From Acidobacteriota bacterium (GTDB lineage: Bacteria > Acidobacteriota > Vicinamibacteria > Vicinamibacterales > CAVVIG01): 64,000 nt of DNA. The stretch spans positions 138,580 through 202,579 of the forward strand of contig JAFDVO010000003.1 in the NCBI GenBank assembly GCA_018268955.1, given 5' to 3'. The notes beneath the pieces were generated by a model, which was not told the origin of the DNA, ran no database searches, and worked only from the letters and a program-made list of their open reading frames with translations. The translations under genes were made by a program, and so were the position numbers. Positions 1-8,051 of this stretch are shown piece by piece (the first letter of the stretch is position 1; the number at the start of each line of letters is the position of its first letter).

Positions 1-1
1 C

Positions 2-922
2 CGGGAGAAGTGGAATCTGCTGAAGAGCCACTTCGACGGAATCAAGATCACGGACATCGATACCCGGTTCCTGCTGACGCTGCGCGAGAAGCGCTCGCAG
101 CAGACGACGCGAACCGGAGCGCCGGTGAAACCCGCGACGCTCAAGAAGGATCTCGACTTCGTTCGACTCGTTCTGCGGCACGCAAAGCAGATCGAGAAAT
201 GCTTGCCGGACCTACCCGAGTTTCCATCGTTTCGCGGCGAAGCGTGGGAAGTCGTGCCCTCCCCTCGCCCGTTTCTGAACCACGAGCAGTGGGTCAAAGT
301 TCGGAAGCTCGCGAAGGCCAGGATCTCCGAACGGAATCTCAATCCTCGGACGACGCGTCAGCGACAGGAACTCTACTGGTTCATGCTCATCTCGGTCGGC
401 GCAGCGCTTCGAGTCGGCGAAGCATACAGCCTTCGCTGGCGCGACTGCCGGTTGATCACGCTGAACGACAAGGATCACACCGAGGCGGTGTTGATGCAGG
501 TTCTCGGCAAGCACTCGCGCGGAGGAAAACGCGAAGAAGCTTACGGGATGTTCGGCGCGGTGAGCGCATTCAAGGCGATGAAAGTCGCGAGGCCAGAAGC
601 GCAACCCGATGATCCCCTCTTCCTGGAGAACCATCGCGAAGGCATCAAAGAACTTCTGATGAAGGCGGGACTACGCGCAGACAGCGAAGGTCGAACACGC
701 GATGCGAAGAGCCTCCGTCAGACGGGAATCTCGCTGCGTCTCGACCTCGGCCCCAATCCGGATTATCGAGACATCGCCAAGTGGGCCCGAACGAGCCCGG
801 CGATGATCGCAGCGTTCTACGATCAGACCCACCCGCAATCGAGCGTTGAGCGGATCGTTGGATTCCGGAAACAGACCCCCGGAAACGGCAAGGCGCGGGC
901 AAAATCGATCGAGTCGGAATGA
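2..922 (+). CDS. tyrosine recombinase / phage-type integrase, 5' end outside window
   Basis: The frame is open from base 2 (REKWNLLKSHFDG...), so the Met at 125 is internal. The C-terminal half resembles a Tyr-recombinase catalytic domain (ALRVGEAYSLRWRD, LRQTGISLRL, AAFYDQTH). Confidence 0.75.
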   Translation, partial: REKWNLLKSHFDGIKITDIDTRFLLTLREKRSQQTTRTGAPVKPATLKKDLDFVRLVLRHAKQIEKCLPDLPEFPSFRGEAWEVVPSPRPFLNHEQWVKVRKLAKARISERNLNPRTTRQRQELYWFMLISVGAALRVGEAYSLRWRDCRLITLNDKDHTEAVLMQVLGKHSRGGKREEAYGMFGAVSAFKAMKVARPEAQPDDPLFLENHREGIKELLMKAGLRADSEGRTRDAKSLRQTGISLRLDLGPNPDYRDIAKWARTSPAMIAAFYDQTHPQSSVERIVGFRKQTPGNGKARAKSIESE

Positions 923-1071
923 GCCAGGTTCAGCGGGACCCCAAGTCCCGCTCCGGTGTTTTCTTCGGATGGCACCATCCGATTTCTTCGGCTCTGCGGC
1001 GGGCCAGCCCGCCGCTTCCTGTGATCCACTGTGAGCGCCAGCGCGGTATCAGCCAGCCGATGCGAGAGGGG

Positions 1072-1593
1072 CTAGAACCGTCCCCTTCTTTTCGCGGCAG
1101 TGATGATTGCTCGTTCGAAGGCCGCACCCAGAGCGCTCGGAAAGTTCTTCGCCGTCACTGAGCCCCAAGCACCTCGACGCGGAAGATCAGAGAGTTCAAG
1201 CTCATTCATCGCGCCGTGAAGGAGCGTCATGATGCCCTGGAACACCTCGCTCGTTCGAGCGTCGTTCTGTGGGCTGTACGTCTGGATATGCTTCACGAAA
1301 TCTTCGAGCATCACCTTCGACTTCGGCGTGAGGTTTAGCTGATATCGGATGACACTCGGCTGCGGTCGAGTGGTTGCACGCGGAACAGGTCTTGGCTCCG
1401 CAGCCGCAGTTCTTTCGGCCGTGATCGAGGCACGAAGATCCGCTTCCTGCACGGGCTCTGATCGAGGCGCCGAGGCCTTCCTGCTGATCTGCGGTTGCGG
1501 TTCCTCATCAAGGAAATCCCCGATCATCACCGGCTTCTCTTCCGGAAGGTCGAGTGCGAACCCGTCTGGCAGTCCTCGTGCACTTCTAGCCAT
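1072..1593 (-). CDS. hypothetical protein, putative partition partner (ParB/ParG-like role) of ParA
   Basis: Overlaps the 3' end of parA by 8 nt, which fits operon coupling. It has a disordered basic N-terminal half and a structured C-terminal half. No recognisable motif; the role is inferred from position only. Confidence 0.45.
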   Translation of the reverse strand: MARSARGLPDGFALDLPEEKPVMIGDFLDEEPQPQISRKASAPRSEPVQEADLRASITAERTAAAEPRPVPRATTRPQPSVIRYQLNLTPKSKVMLEDFVKHIQTYSPQNDARTSEVFQGIMTLLHGAMNELELSDLPRRGAWGSVTAKNFPSALGAAFERAIITAAKRRGRF

Positions 1594-2509
1594 TGGACAC
1601 CTTGTCGAAGATGCTTTCGTCTGGCAGCGGATTTGTCGTTTGCTCCGGTCGCTTCGTTCCGCGGTTGAGCATCTCTTGGATCAGTCCGAGGAACTGCTGC
1701 GCCTGGGCTTGCGCTTCGGGCAGTTCGAAGATCGTCTGTCCCCTCACCGTCGCATCGCGCATCCGCACGCTTCGACCGATCGTTGTCTGAAAAACGACTT
1801 CACCACCGAAGCGCTTCTTCAGCATCTCGTGGATGTCCTTGTCGAGGATTGCCGTCCGGTCGTAGTTCCCGAGCAGCACTCCGGCGAGCCGCAATCCTGG
1901 GTTGTAGCGCTCTCGGACCTTTGCCACCGTCTTCATCAGCAGTTCGAGGCCTCGAAGATCGTAGCCAGACGGAAAGACCGGAATGATGAACCAGTCGGCT
2001 GCAATGAGCGTCGAGACCATCAAGAAATCGAGACTCGGCGGGGTGTCGATGATCACGACATCGCGTTTGCTCCGCAGCGTGTCGAGTGACCGTTTCAGGC
2101 GTTGACGCTGTTCGGTCCGCATTTCATCGGCATCGAGCGTCGTTCGTTCACCGTCAGCGATTGCGATCTGCAGTTCGCTTTCCAGTTTCAGCGGTACCGA
2201 GCCGAGGCCACGGTTGCCGGGCAGAAGCGTCAGGTTGCCTTGAAAGCGATTGCCGAAGTCGTACTCGATATCCGCCGCAGCCCGCTTCTTCAGATAGGCA
2301 TCCGCGAGCGTGAACGCACCTTCATCAACCAAGCTGTCGGCTCGGAGGCCGAAGCTGTCGGTCGCGTTGCATTGTGGATCGGTATCAGCGAGACACACCG
2401 AGTATCCGAGCTGGGCGAAGCCTGCCGCGATCGCAACGGCGGAAGTCGTCTTGCCGCAGCCGCCCTTCTGGTTCACGAGGGCGATGATTTGTGTCTTTGG
2501 GAATCTCAT
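1586..2509 (-). CDS. parA: ParA/Soj-family partition ATPase
   Basis: Deviant Walker A motif IALVNQKGGCGKTT, followed by DTDPQ. A GGAGG lies about 12 nt upstream of the ATG. Confidence 0.9.
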   Translation of the reverse strand: MRFPKTQIIALVNQKGGCGKTTSAVAIAAGFAQLGYSVCLADTDPQCNATDSFGLRADSLVDEGAFTLADAYLKKRAAADIEYDFGNRFQGNLTLLPGNRGLGSVPLKLESELQIAIADGERTTLDADEMRTEQRQRLKRSLDTLRSKRDVVIIDTPPSLDFLMVSTLIAADWFIIPVFPSGYDLRGLELLMKTVAKVRERYNPGLRLAGVLLGNYDRTAILDKDIHEMLKKRFGGEVVFQTTIGRSVRMRDATVRGQTIFELPEAQAQAQQFLGLIQEMLNRGTKRPEQTTNPLPDESIFDKVSNG

Positions 2510-2558
2510 CCCTGTCGTATGCCTCCAGAGAGGCAGACGCGCAAGATGAAAAAGCTCC

Positions 2559-2905
2559 GGCTCTATGGAGTCTGACTCTGTGGAGGCACACGCCTCGCTG
2601 GCGCGGATCGTCGACCTTCAGAAGCTGCCGAACCGGCTCTGACGATCGCCCCGAGAATCGCGTTTCGATCTCCAGCACGAGGCTCGGCCAGCACACGACC
2701 ATCAAACGTTCACCGCGAGGCCGTTACGCGCGTCTGGCGCACACTCCGGACTCGAACCATGAGGCGGCGACGGCCCTCGACTCTCCGTTGTCCATCCGAT
2801 TTCGCTTCGAACTGCCTCTATAGAGTCTGACTCCTGACTCCGTAGAGGCACACCGCAACACCACCGATTGCGCGGCCAGGAATCGTGTGCCTCCATGGAG
2901 TCATA
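2559..2905. repeat. iteron cluster (consensus about GTGCCTCYAYRGAGTCWGAC), direct and inverted copies, between parA and repA
   Basis: Copies read directly: 2559-2594 (ctctatggagtctgactc + tgtggaggcacac), 2813-2860 (tgcctctatagagtctgactc / ctgactccgtagaggcacac, an inverted pair) and 2886-2903 (gtgtgcctccatggagtca). Confidence 0.8.
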
Positions 2906-3097
2906 AACTTTGGCCCACCGATTGGATTTCCTCTTACGGGTACTCGCTGCGATTGCTAGAAGTGCATTCGTGTTAAAGCAGCAACCAGGAGTGTTTCAAG
3001 CAGGCACCCTCATGGCCAACTCCGTTCCGACCGGCCCATCCACCGAGACCACATCCCGAGCCAAAAGGGGACCGAGCAGATTCGCTTCGGCGCCGAC

Positions 3098-3219
3098 TAC
3101 CGGCGTTCCATACACGGTTCAACCGGCGCTCCACACACCAAACCACCGTGAAACCGTGCACGTAGCTACCGTGTACCGATACACGGTACTTGGGTCCTTT
3201 ACCGGCGTTCCATACACGG
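3098..3219. repeat. second repeat class: two 20-nt direct repeats (taccggcgttccatacacgg) bracketing a perfect palindrome ccgtgta-ccga-tacacgg
   Basis: Exact copies at 3098-3117 and 3200-3219. The palindrome is at 3169-3186. Extra CCGTG/CACGG half-sites lie between them. Confidence 0.75.
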
Positions 3220-3267
3220 CGCGGCGAGCCAAGTGCCCGAAACCACGGCCGAGTCGAGCGGCCAACT

Positions 3268-3308
3268 GTACAAAACTAAGTCTTAAAAAAGATCAACAAC
3301 AGATGACG
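3268..3308. promoter_or_regulatory. AT-rich patch upstream of repA (possible DNA-unwinding element or promoter)
   Basis: gtacaaaactaagtcttaaaaaagatcaacaacagatgacg stands out in otherwise GC-rich DNA. It sits between the repeats and the repA start. Confidence 0.4.
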
Positions 3309-3325
3309 TTCTTTGGGGAAGGGAA

Positions 3326-4762
3326 ATGGCCTCACTGAATCTGCCGGCTGAGCGCCACGAACCGTCGTCGCGAGACGGCTACCGAGATGAACTGAACTTC
3401 GCCGAGTTCCCGCTCGCGTCGCTTTCAAGCACGCTTCCCAAAGGCGTCAAGACGCTCGAATTCTCGGATCAGATTTTCGACAAGTCGCGAAACGATCACG
3501 TCACGCGTCGACTCACCATCACGGCATCGGACAAGTACGGCCTGCCGACAGCGATGGACGACGAGGTGATCCTCGGCCTGATTCAGCTCACGGCGCAAGC
3601 CGAGAATGTTGATCGGAAGGTGCTGTTCACTCGCTACGAGCTGCTGAAGCTTCTGAACTGGACCGACGATTCGCGCAACTACAGCCGGCTCAAACAGAGC
3701 CTCAATCGCTGGCTCGGAGTCACGCTGTACTACGACCATGCCTGGTGGTCGAAAGAGGAACAGTCCTGGGTGAGCGAAGGGTTCCACGTCCTCGAACAGG
3801 TCACGATTCTCGACAACGAACGGCGTCGTCGGCGAACGAAAGAAGGCGGGCAGGAAGCGGGGAAGAGCTTCTTCGTCTGGAACGAAGTCGTGTTCAACAG
3901 CTTCAGGGCCGGGTACCTGAAGCAACTCGATTTCGATTTCTACAAGCGCCTCGACAGCGCGATCGCTAAGCGCATGTACCGATTCCTCGACAAGAGGTTC
4001 TACCGAGGGTCTCGGCTTGAGTGCGATCTCCGAACGTTTGCATGCGAGCACATCGGCCTCTCGAAGAGCTACCACACGGGCGAACTGAAGCGTGTGCTTA
4101 CACCGGCGATCGCTGAACTTGAGGAGCACGGGTTTCTCAAGCGGCTTCCGCCAGAGGAGCGTTTCGTTCGGAAGGCGAGGGGAGAGTGGTCGGCGGTATT
4201 CGTCCGGGGATCGAAGCGCGCTGAAGTGGCCATCACCACAGATGGCGGCCTCGTGCAGGAGCTCGTCGATCGGGGACTCAACCAGGCATCCGCCGGGCGG
4301 CTTGTCTCGGGGGCTGAACCTGGCAAGGTCCGCGAGAAGATCGCGATGTTCGATTGGCTCGTTGCTCGAAGGGATGCTCGGGTGCGGCGCAATCCGGCCG
4401 GATTTCTCTACCGGGCAATCTCGGAAGACTTCCAGCTCCCGAAGGACTACGTGGCCGCCGTGGCCCCACCAACTCGTGTGCCTCCACAGAGAGTGCCTCT
4501 ACAGAGTCAGACGTTGGAGAGTCACACACCGGAAGACGACGCACCCGAAGTTCCGTCCGATCGTGACGCGATCGACCGATTCTGGGGCTCGCTCCCAACC
4601 GAAGAGCAAGCCCGGATCGAGCAGGAGCTTGTTCGGAGCGCGCCGCATTTCCTGCGCGAGAACTATGTCGAAGGCAAGAAGGAGAGGGGCATTCTCTTCA
4701 AGACCGTGCGCCAGGCCATCATCGACACGTACGTTCGGCAGAAGCTCGCAGAAGCGGCATAG
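3326..4762 (+). CDS. repA: replication initiator protein A-like (RepA, plasmid/ICE type)
   Basis: The N-terminal LNFAEFPLASLS motif is typical of the 'replication initiator protein A' family. The gene is flanked by iterons and lies next to parA. Confidence 0.75.
   Translation: MASLNLPAERHEPSSRDGYRDELNFAEFPLASLSSTLPKGVKTLEFSDQIFDKSRNDHVTRRLTITASDKYGLPTAMDDEVILGLIQLTAQAENVDRKVLFTRYELLKLLNWTDDSRNYSRLKQSLNRWLGVTLYYDHAWWSKEEQSWVSEGFHVLEQVTILDNERRRRRTKEGGQEAGKSFFVWNEVVFNSFRAGYLKQLDFDFYKRLDSAIAKRMYRFLDKRFYRGSRLECDLRTFACEHIGLSKSYHTGELKRVLTPAIAELEEHGFLKRLPPEERFVRKARGEWSAVFVRGSKRAEVAITTDGGLVQELVDRGLNQASAGRLVSGAEPGKVREKIAMFDWLVARRDARVRRNPAGFLYRAISEDFQLPKDYVAAVAPPTRVPPQRVPLQSQTLESHTPEDDAPEVPSDRDAIDRFWGSLPTEEQARIEQELVRSAPHFLRENYVEGKKERGILFKTVRQAIIDTYVRQKLAEAA
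4477..4530. repeat. iteron copies embedded in the repA coding sequence
   Basis: gtgtgcctccacagagagtgcctctacagagtcagacgttggagagtcacacacc matches the same motif as at 2559-2905. Confidence 0.7.
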
Positions 4763-4784
4763 CTTCGTTCCCAAGGCTGACGAC

Positions 4785-4820
4785 TGTGCCTCTATAGAGT
4801 CTGACTCGGGGAGTCAGATG
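4785..4820. repeat. iteron copy plus inverted half-site immediately downstream of repA
   Basis: gtgcctctatagagtctgactc followed by ggggagtcagatgg. It overlaps the stop codon of the minus-strand ORF 4792-5541. Confidence 0.75.
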
Positions 4821-5541
4821 GCGCCGCGACCAGGCGGACGGCATCCCCGAAAACCCGAAGCGGCTTCCGCCGAAACCTCAGGCAGGTATTCGGAACCCGA
4901 TCGAGTCCGGCAACAGCTCGCGTCCGGTTGACCAGCCGGAGCAACTCGCAAAACTGGCTCCGAATCGGAGCGTATGGCTCGAAGGGGAGGCGATGAAGAA
5001 TCTCCGCCAAGTCGGCGCTCGACCGCCGAAGGGCAAGCCGCCGGAGCTGCTCCTTCAGGTCGAGCATCGTCGCCGCCGCAATCCTCACGTGCGGGTGGCC
5101 GCCCCGAAACCCAATCGAGTAGCTCCCGAACTTGATCGGGACGCGACGGACGTCCCGGACCGCCGCGCCTTCCTCTTCAAAGAACGGATGCTCTCCATGC
5201 GTCGCCAAGAGCACGAAGAACCGGCAGTGCCGGACGTAGGCGACGTTTGCGAGCCCAGCACGTTTTCGCCGGGCCCGCGCCCACTTCGAGATGTCGAGGC
5301 GGTATCGCTGGACGAGCTTCTCGTCCACTCGGCGCGGGTCCTTCCCCTCGGGGATGATCCCCGCCACGTAGAAGAAGTACCCGTGCGCCAGGTAGCTCAC
5401 CGCCACCTGCTGCACAAAGCCTCCGAGTGTCGGAACCTCGCAGCGATACATGTCCGCCTCAAACGTGGGGGATTGTTCTCCTGAACGGGTCAATCCCCCC
5501 TGAACCCAGACCGTCGAAAAGCCTCCTCTCAGCTCCAGCAT
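4792..5541 (-). CDS. hypothetical protein (orphan, 249 aa; start may be the internal Met at 5451)
   Basis: Long ORF with protein-like composition (YLAHGYFFYVAGIIPEGKDP..., GGHPHVRIAAAT...). I recognised no family. Confidence 0.55.
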   Translation of the reverse strand: MLELRGGFSTVWVQGGLTRSGEQSPTFEADMYRCEVPTLGGFVQQVAVSYLAHGYFFYVAGIIPEGKDPRRVDEKLVQRYRLDISKWARARRKRAGLANVAYVRHCRFFVLLATHGEHPFFEEEGAAVRDVRRVPIKFGSYSIGFRGGHPHVRIAAATMLDLKEQLRRLALRRSSADLAEILHRLPFEPYAPIRSQFCELLRLVNRTRAVAGLDRVPNTCLRFRRKPLRVFGDAVRLVAAPSDSPSQTL

Positions 5542-6857
5542 CAGAGCGACCGGGACATCGTCTCCTCGACTCCGTCCCGATTCGCGCGCCCGGAAAATTC
5601 CTGCTTCTTGAATTGCCGTTGCTCAGACGTATAGCGGTAGCGCCTCGCTACCGACTTCACGCTCAAACCTCCTTCAGCATCGTCGAGGCTCTCAGGTGCG
5701 AGCCCCGACCCATGCCGTCGTCGTTGTCGTTGCCATTTGAGAAACGCCTGCCAAGGCTTCTCTCAGACGACCACGTGCCCGTTTCCTCCGAAGCGATTCT
5801 CCGAACCGCTTCGGCATGTTCTTCGAGTCGTACGCGTCCGCCCTTTCGTCGTCTCGTGATGTTCAGGAGCCACCCTGAACGAGAACGGTTCGCCACTGCC
5901 TTGCAGCTCGCCCGCCCGACACCTGTCGGCTTCTACTTGAGCGCCACTCCCAGACTTCAGCGTTTTGATCACCTGGCGACTTCACCCACTCTGTGGGCGA
6001 CCAGGCACCGCGGCACCACCCCCTGCGGGGACCACGCGGCCTCTGAAGCCCTTCCCGGATTAGCAGTCTGTCGTCAATCGATCAGTCACGTCGCTTGGAG
6101 GAGCGAGAACGCTCCCCGAGGCATGAACATCGCAGAACCCGGCTCCCGCCGGACTCCGGTTTACGCTGGCCGAGAGGCCAGTGATTTCGGCGGAACGAAG
6201 CAAGAAGCCTCCGCTTACCCACCGATGCATACCCGTCGCGGTTCGGCACCGTCTCTGATCGATTTCACTCGCAAGCGCTCTCGCGCCTTTCATGGTTGAG
6301 CTATTCACCGCCGCGCCTTCGCACGGTCGCCGATGGGCAGTCTGGCCCAACGGTTCCGTTCCTCTCGGAACTGGAAGCTCCCCACGCGAGTCAGGTTGAT
6401 CGAGCCTTACGGGGCTTGCACCCGATTGCACTGTGGCCCTATCCCCCTGAGCGGGATTCACACGGCCTTGGCCGTGGCTACCCGCTTCAACATCTGCGGC
6501 CGTTGCGCGTCGCCGCGCCCCGGTCTGTCTCCGTCGCCCCGCCTCAGCGGGGCGACCCATCGGATAGAACTCGCCGATTGTTCCGCGTGTGAAATGAACT
6601 CCTTTCTAAGTAGCGGAATTTTGCAGGCGAGAGCCTCCGTCGAGCACGGACAAGCGCCTCTCGACGCATCCGGCTCTACGCGCAGCCGCTGTGGATGGTG
6701 AGTCCACCCCTTAGCCCGGTTGGCAACCGGGTTTACCGGGTCGGCCGTCGCTCGAAGATCCATCAGGACGTTTTGCGTCACTGACGACTACGCTTGCTTT
6801 AACTCGCTTGAAGTAGGAGGGGAAGGGGAAATCTTCACGCTTGGAGGAGGGGAGTGC
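5542..6857. other. about 1.3 kb region with no convincing coding frame and dense in stable hairpins (candidate structured RNA, origin-associated DNA or decayed gene)
   Basis: The only ORFs are P/S/R-rich. Perfect hairpins lie at 5788-5814, 6100-6115 (AGAA loop), 6166-6181 (GAGA loop), 6533-6556 (10 bp) and 6714-6731. Confidence 0.3.
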
Positions 6858-7292
6858 ATGGCCCAAAACAAGAGGGGACGGCCACGAGTTGAACACCTGA
6901 TCCGGGCAATCGAAGTACGGTCCGTGCACGTCCACATGAGCATGAGCGTCGAAGACGCAAAGAGCCTGTCGCCGAGACATTCCGGGCGCGCTTGGATCGA
7001 GGTGCGGGGCCTATTCGATGAGCCCGTGAAGGCCCAGACCGAGGTCTTCATCAGCGTCCACGAGGAGCTCGACGAGAACTTCGGAACCGTCCGACCGGCC
7101 GTCGTCGGCCATGTCGTCCAGATGCGGCCAGAATGCCGTGTCGTTGTCGGAATCCCAACCAGGGACTTCGACCGGGCATGGACCCTTGCGGCCGGCGGCC
7201 GACTGACCCATGCTTGGCTCAGCATGGCCGTTCCGCACTACAACAGCGCAGCGGTTCCGAGCGTTTCGTTTGCAAACGAGCCGATCGAGTAA
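6858..7292 (+). CDS. hypothetical protein (144 aa)
   Basis: ATG at 6858 is preceded by ggaggagggg. The ORF-track start at 6720 is probably upstream read-through. No recognisable motif. Confidence 0.5.
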   Translation: MAQNKRGRPRVEHLIRAIEVRSVHVHMSMSVEDAKSLSPRHSGRAWIEVRGLFDEPVKAQTEVFISVHEELDENFGTVRPAVVGHVVQMRPECRVVVGIPTRDFDRAWTLAAGGRLTHAWLSMAVPHYNSAAVPSVSFANEPIE

Positions 7293-7361
7293 AACAACAG
7301 GCTTTGCTAAAGTCTGTTATTCTGTGCTAGGGTGAACGACAGAGCAATAGGCAGGAGTGCT

Positions 7362-7616
7362 ATGAACGTTTCACTGACCCCGGAACTTGAGAAGTTCGTC
7401 GACGGCAAAGTCGAGAGCGGCCTCTACAACAACGCGAGCGAAGTCGTCCGCGAAGGCCTCCGACTGCTCAAAGAACACGACGAGCTACGAAAGAAGTACG
7501 CAGCGCAAATCGAGCGCGGTTGGCAACAGGCGCAGCGCGGTGAGGTCGTCGACGGTGAGAAGGCGATGGTCGCCGCGAGGGAGCGAATCAAGGCAAAGGC
7601 GAAAAAGCGAGCGTGA
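7362..7616 (+). CDS. parD: ParD-type (CC2985-like, RHH) antitoxin
   Basis: MNVSLTPELEKFVDGKVESGLYNNASEVVREGLRLL is the characteristic ParD/RHH antitoxin N-terminus. AGGAG lies upstream of the ATG at 7362, and the gene overlaps parE by 4 nt. Confidence 0.85.
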   Translation: MNVSLTPELEKFVDGKVESGLYNNASEVVREGLRLLKEHDELRKKYAAQIERGWQQAQRGEVVDGEKAMVAARERIKAKAKKRA

Positions 7617-7912
7617 GCCGCTATCAGCTCACGTCGGAAGCCAGGTCGCAGGTCGACGAGATCGGTGACTTCGTCGCGGAAGAGAGCGTCGACGCGGCGC
7701 TTCGCGTCTTGGATGCCCTAGAGGACGCCTTCCGACGACTAGCTGAAATGCCCGAGATCGGACACTTGCGCGAAGACCTGACCGATCGACCGGTCAAATT
7801 CTGGAGTGTGTTTTCGTATCTGATCGTCTACGACCCGGCTAGCCGGCCGTTGACGGTCCTTGCCGTCCTGCACGGGGCCCGCGACGTTGCCAACCGCCTC
7901 GAAAAGCTGTGA
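7613..7912 (+). CDS. parE: ParE/RelE-family toxin
   Basis: About 99 aa with a GTG start overlapping the parD stop (GTGA). Sequence looks ParE-like (LTSEARSQVDEI...YLIVYD...LTVLAVLHGARD). Confidence 0.8.
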   Translation: MSRYQLTSEARSQVDEIGDFVAEESVDAALRVLDALEDAFRRLAEMPEIGHLREDLTDRPVKFWSVFSYLIVYDPASRPLTVLAVLHGARDVANRLEKL

Positions 7913-8051
7913 ATCCCTTACGATAGGCAAGCGCTTCCGCGGCCTGACAGCCTCGGCGGACCGTGCTATTAGTCGAACACTTTTCAATGTTCTAGAGCAA
8001 TGGGACGAGACGGGGGAACCTTGAACCCGCAGGACGACCAGGGGCCTTGAG

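Noticed and set aside
923-1071. Possible att site or small RNA between the left integrase and the partition operon
   Set aside because: No repeat matching the tRNA-Leu remnant or any other part of the window was found, and there is no convincing structure.
6128-6150. RNase P RNA-like 'cagaacccggc' (P4 3' strand-like) motif
   Set aside because: The partner GAGGAAAGUCCGGGC element and the rest of the RNase P core are absent, so this is probably chance.
5427-6299. 290-aa plus-strand ORF (and the antisense 166-aa ORF 6060-6560) as protein-coding genes
   Set aside because: The translations are P/S/R/G-rich strings with almost no K/D/E/N/I. There is no SD, and the start lies inside the opposite-strand 249-aa gene. 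Third-position GC is not elevated as it is in neighbouring real genes.
6340-6385. Group II intron domain V-like hairpin on the minus strand (GAGCUUCCAGUUCC-GAGA-GGAACGGAACCGUU)
   Set aside because: The AGC...GUU pairing and GAGA loop are suggestive. However, the 2-nt bulge is in the wrong position, the length is off, no reverse-transcriptase ORF is present, and I could find no convincing GUGYG 5' end or domain VI.
7290-7362. Weak palindrome (aacag-gctttgctaaagt-ctgtt) upstream of parD as the ParD operator
   Set aside because: The arms are short and imperfect. It is plausible, but not supportable from sequence alone.
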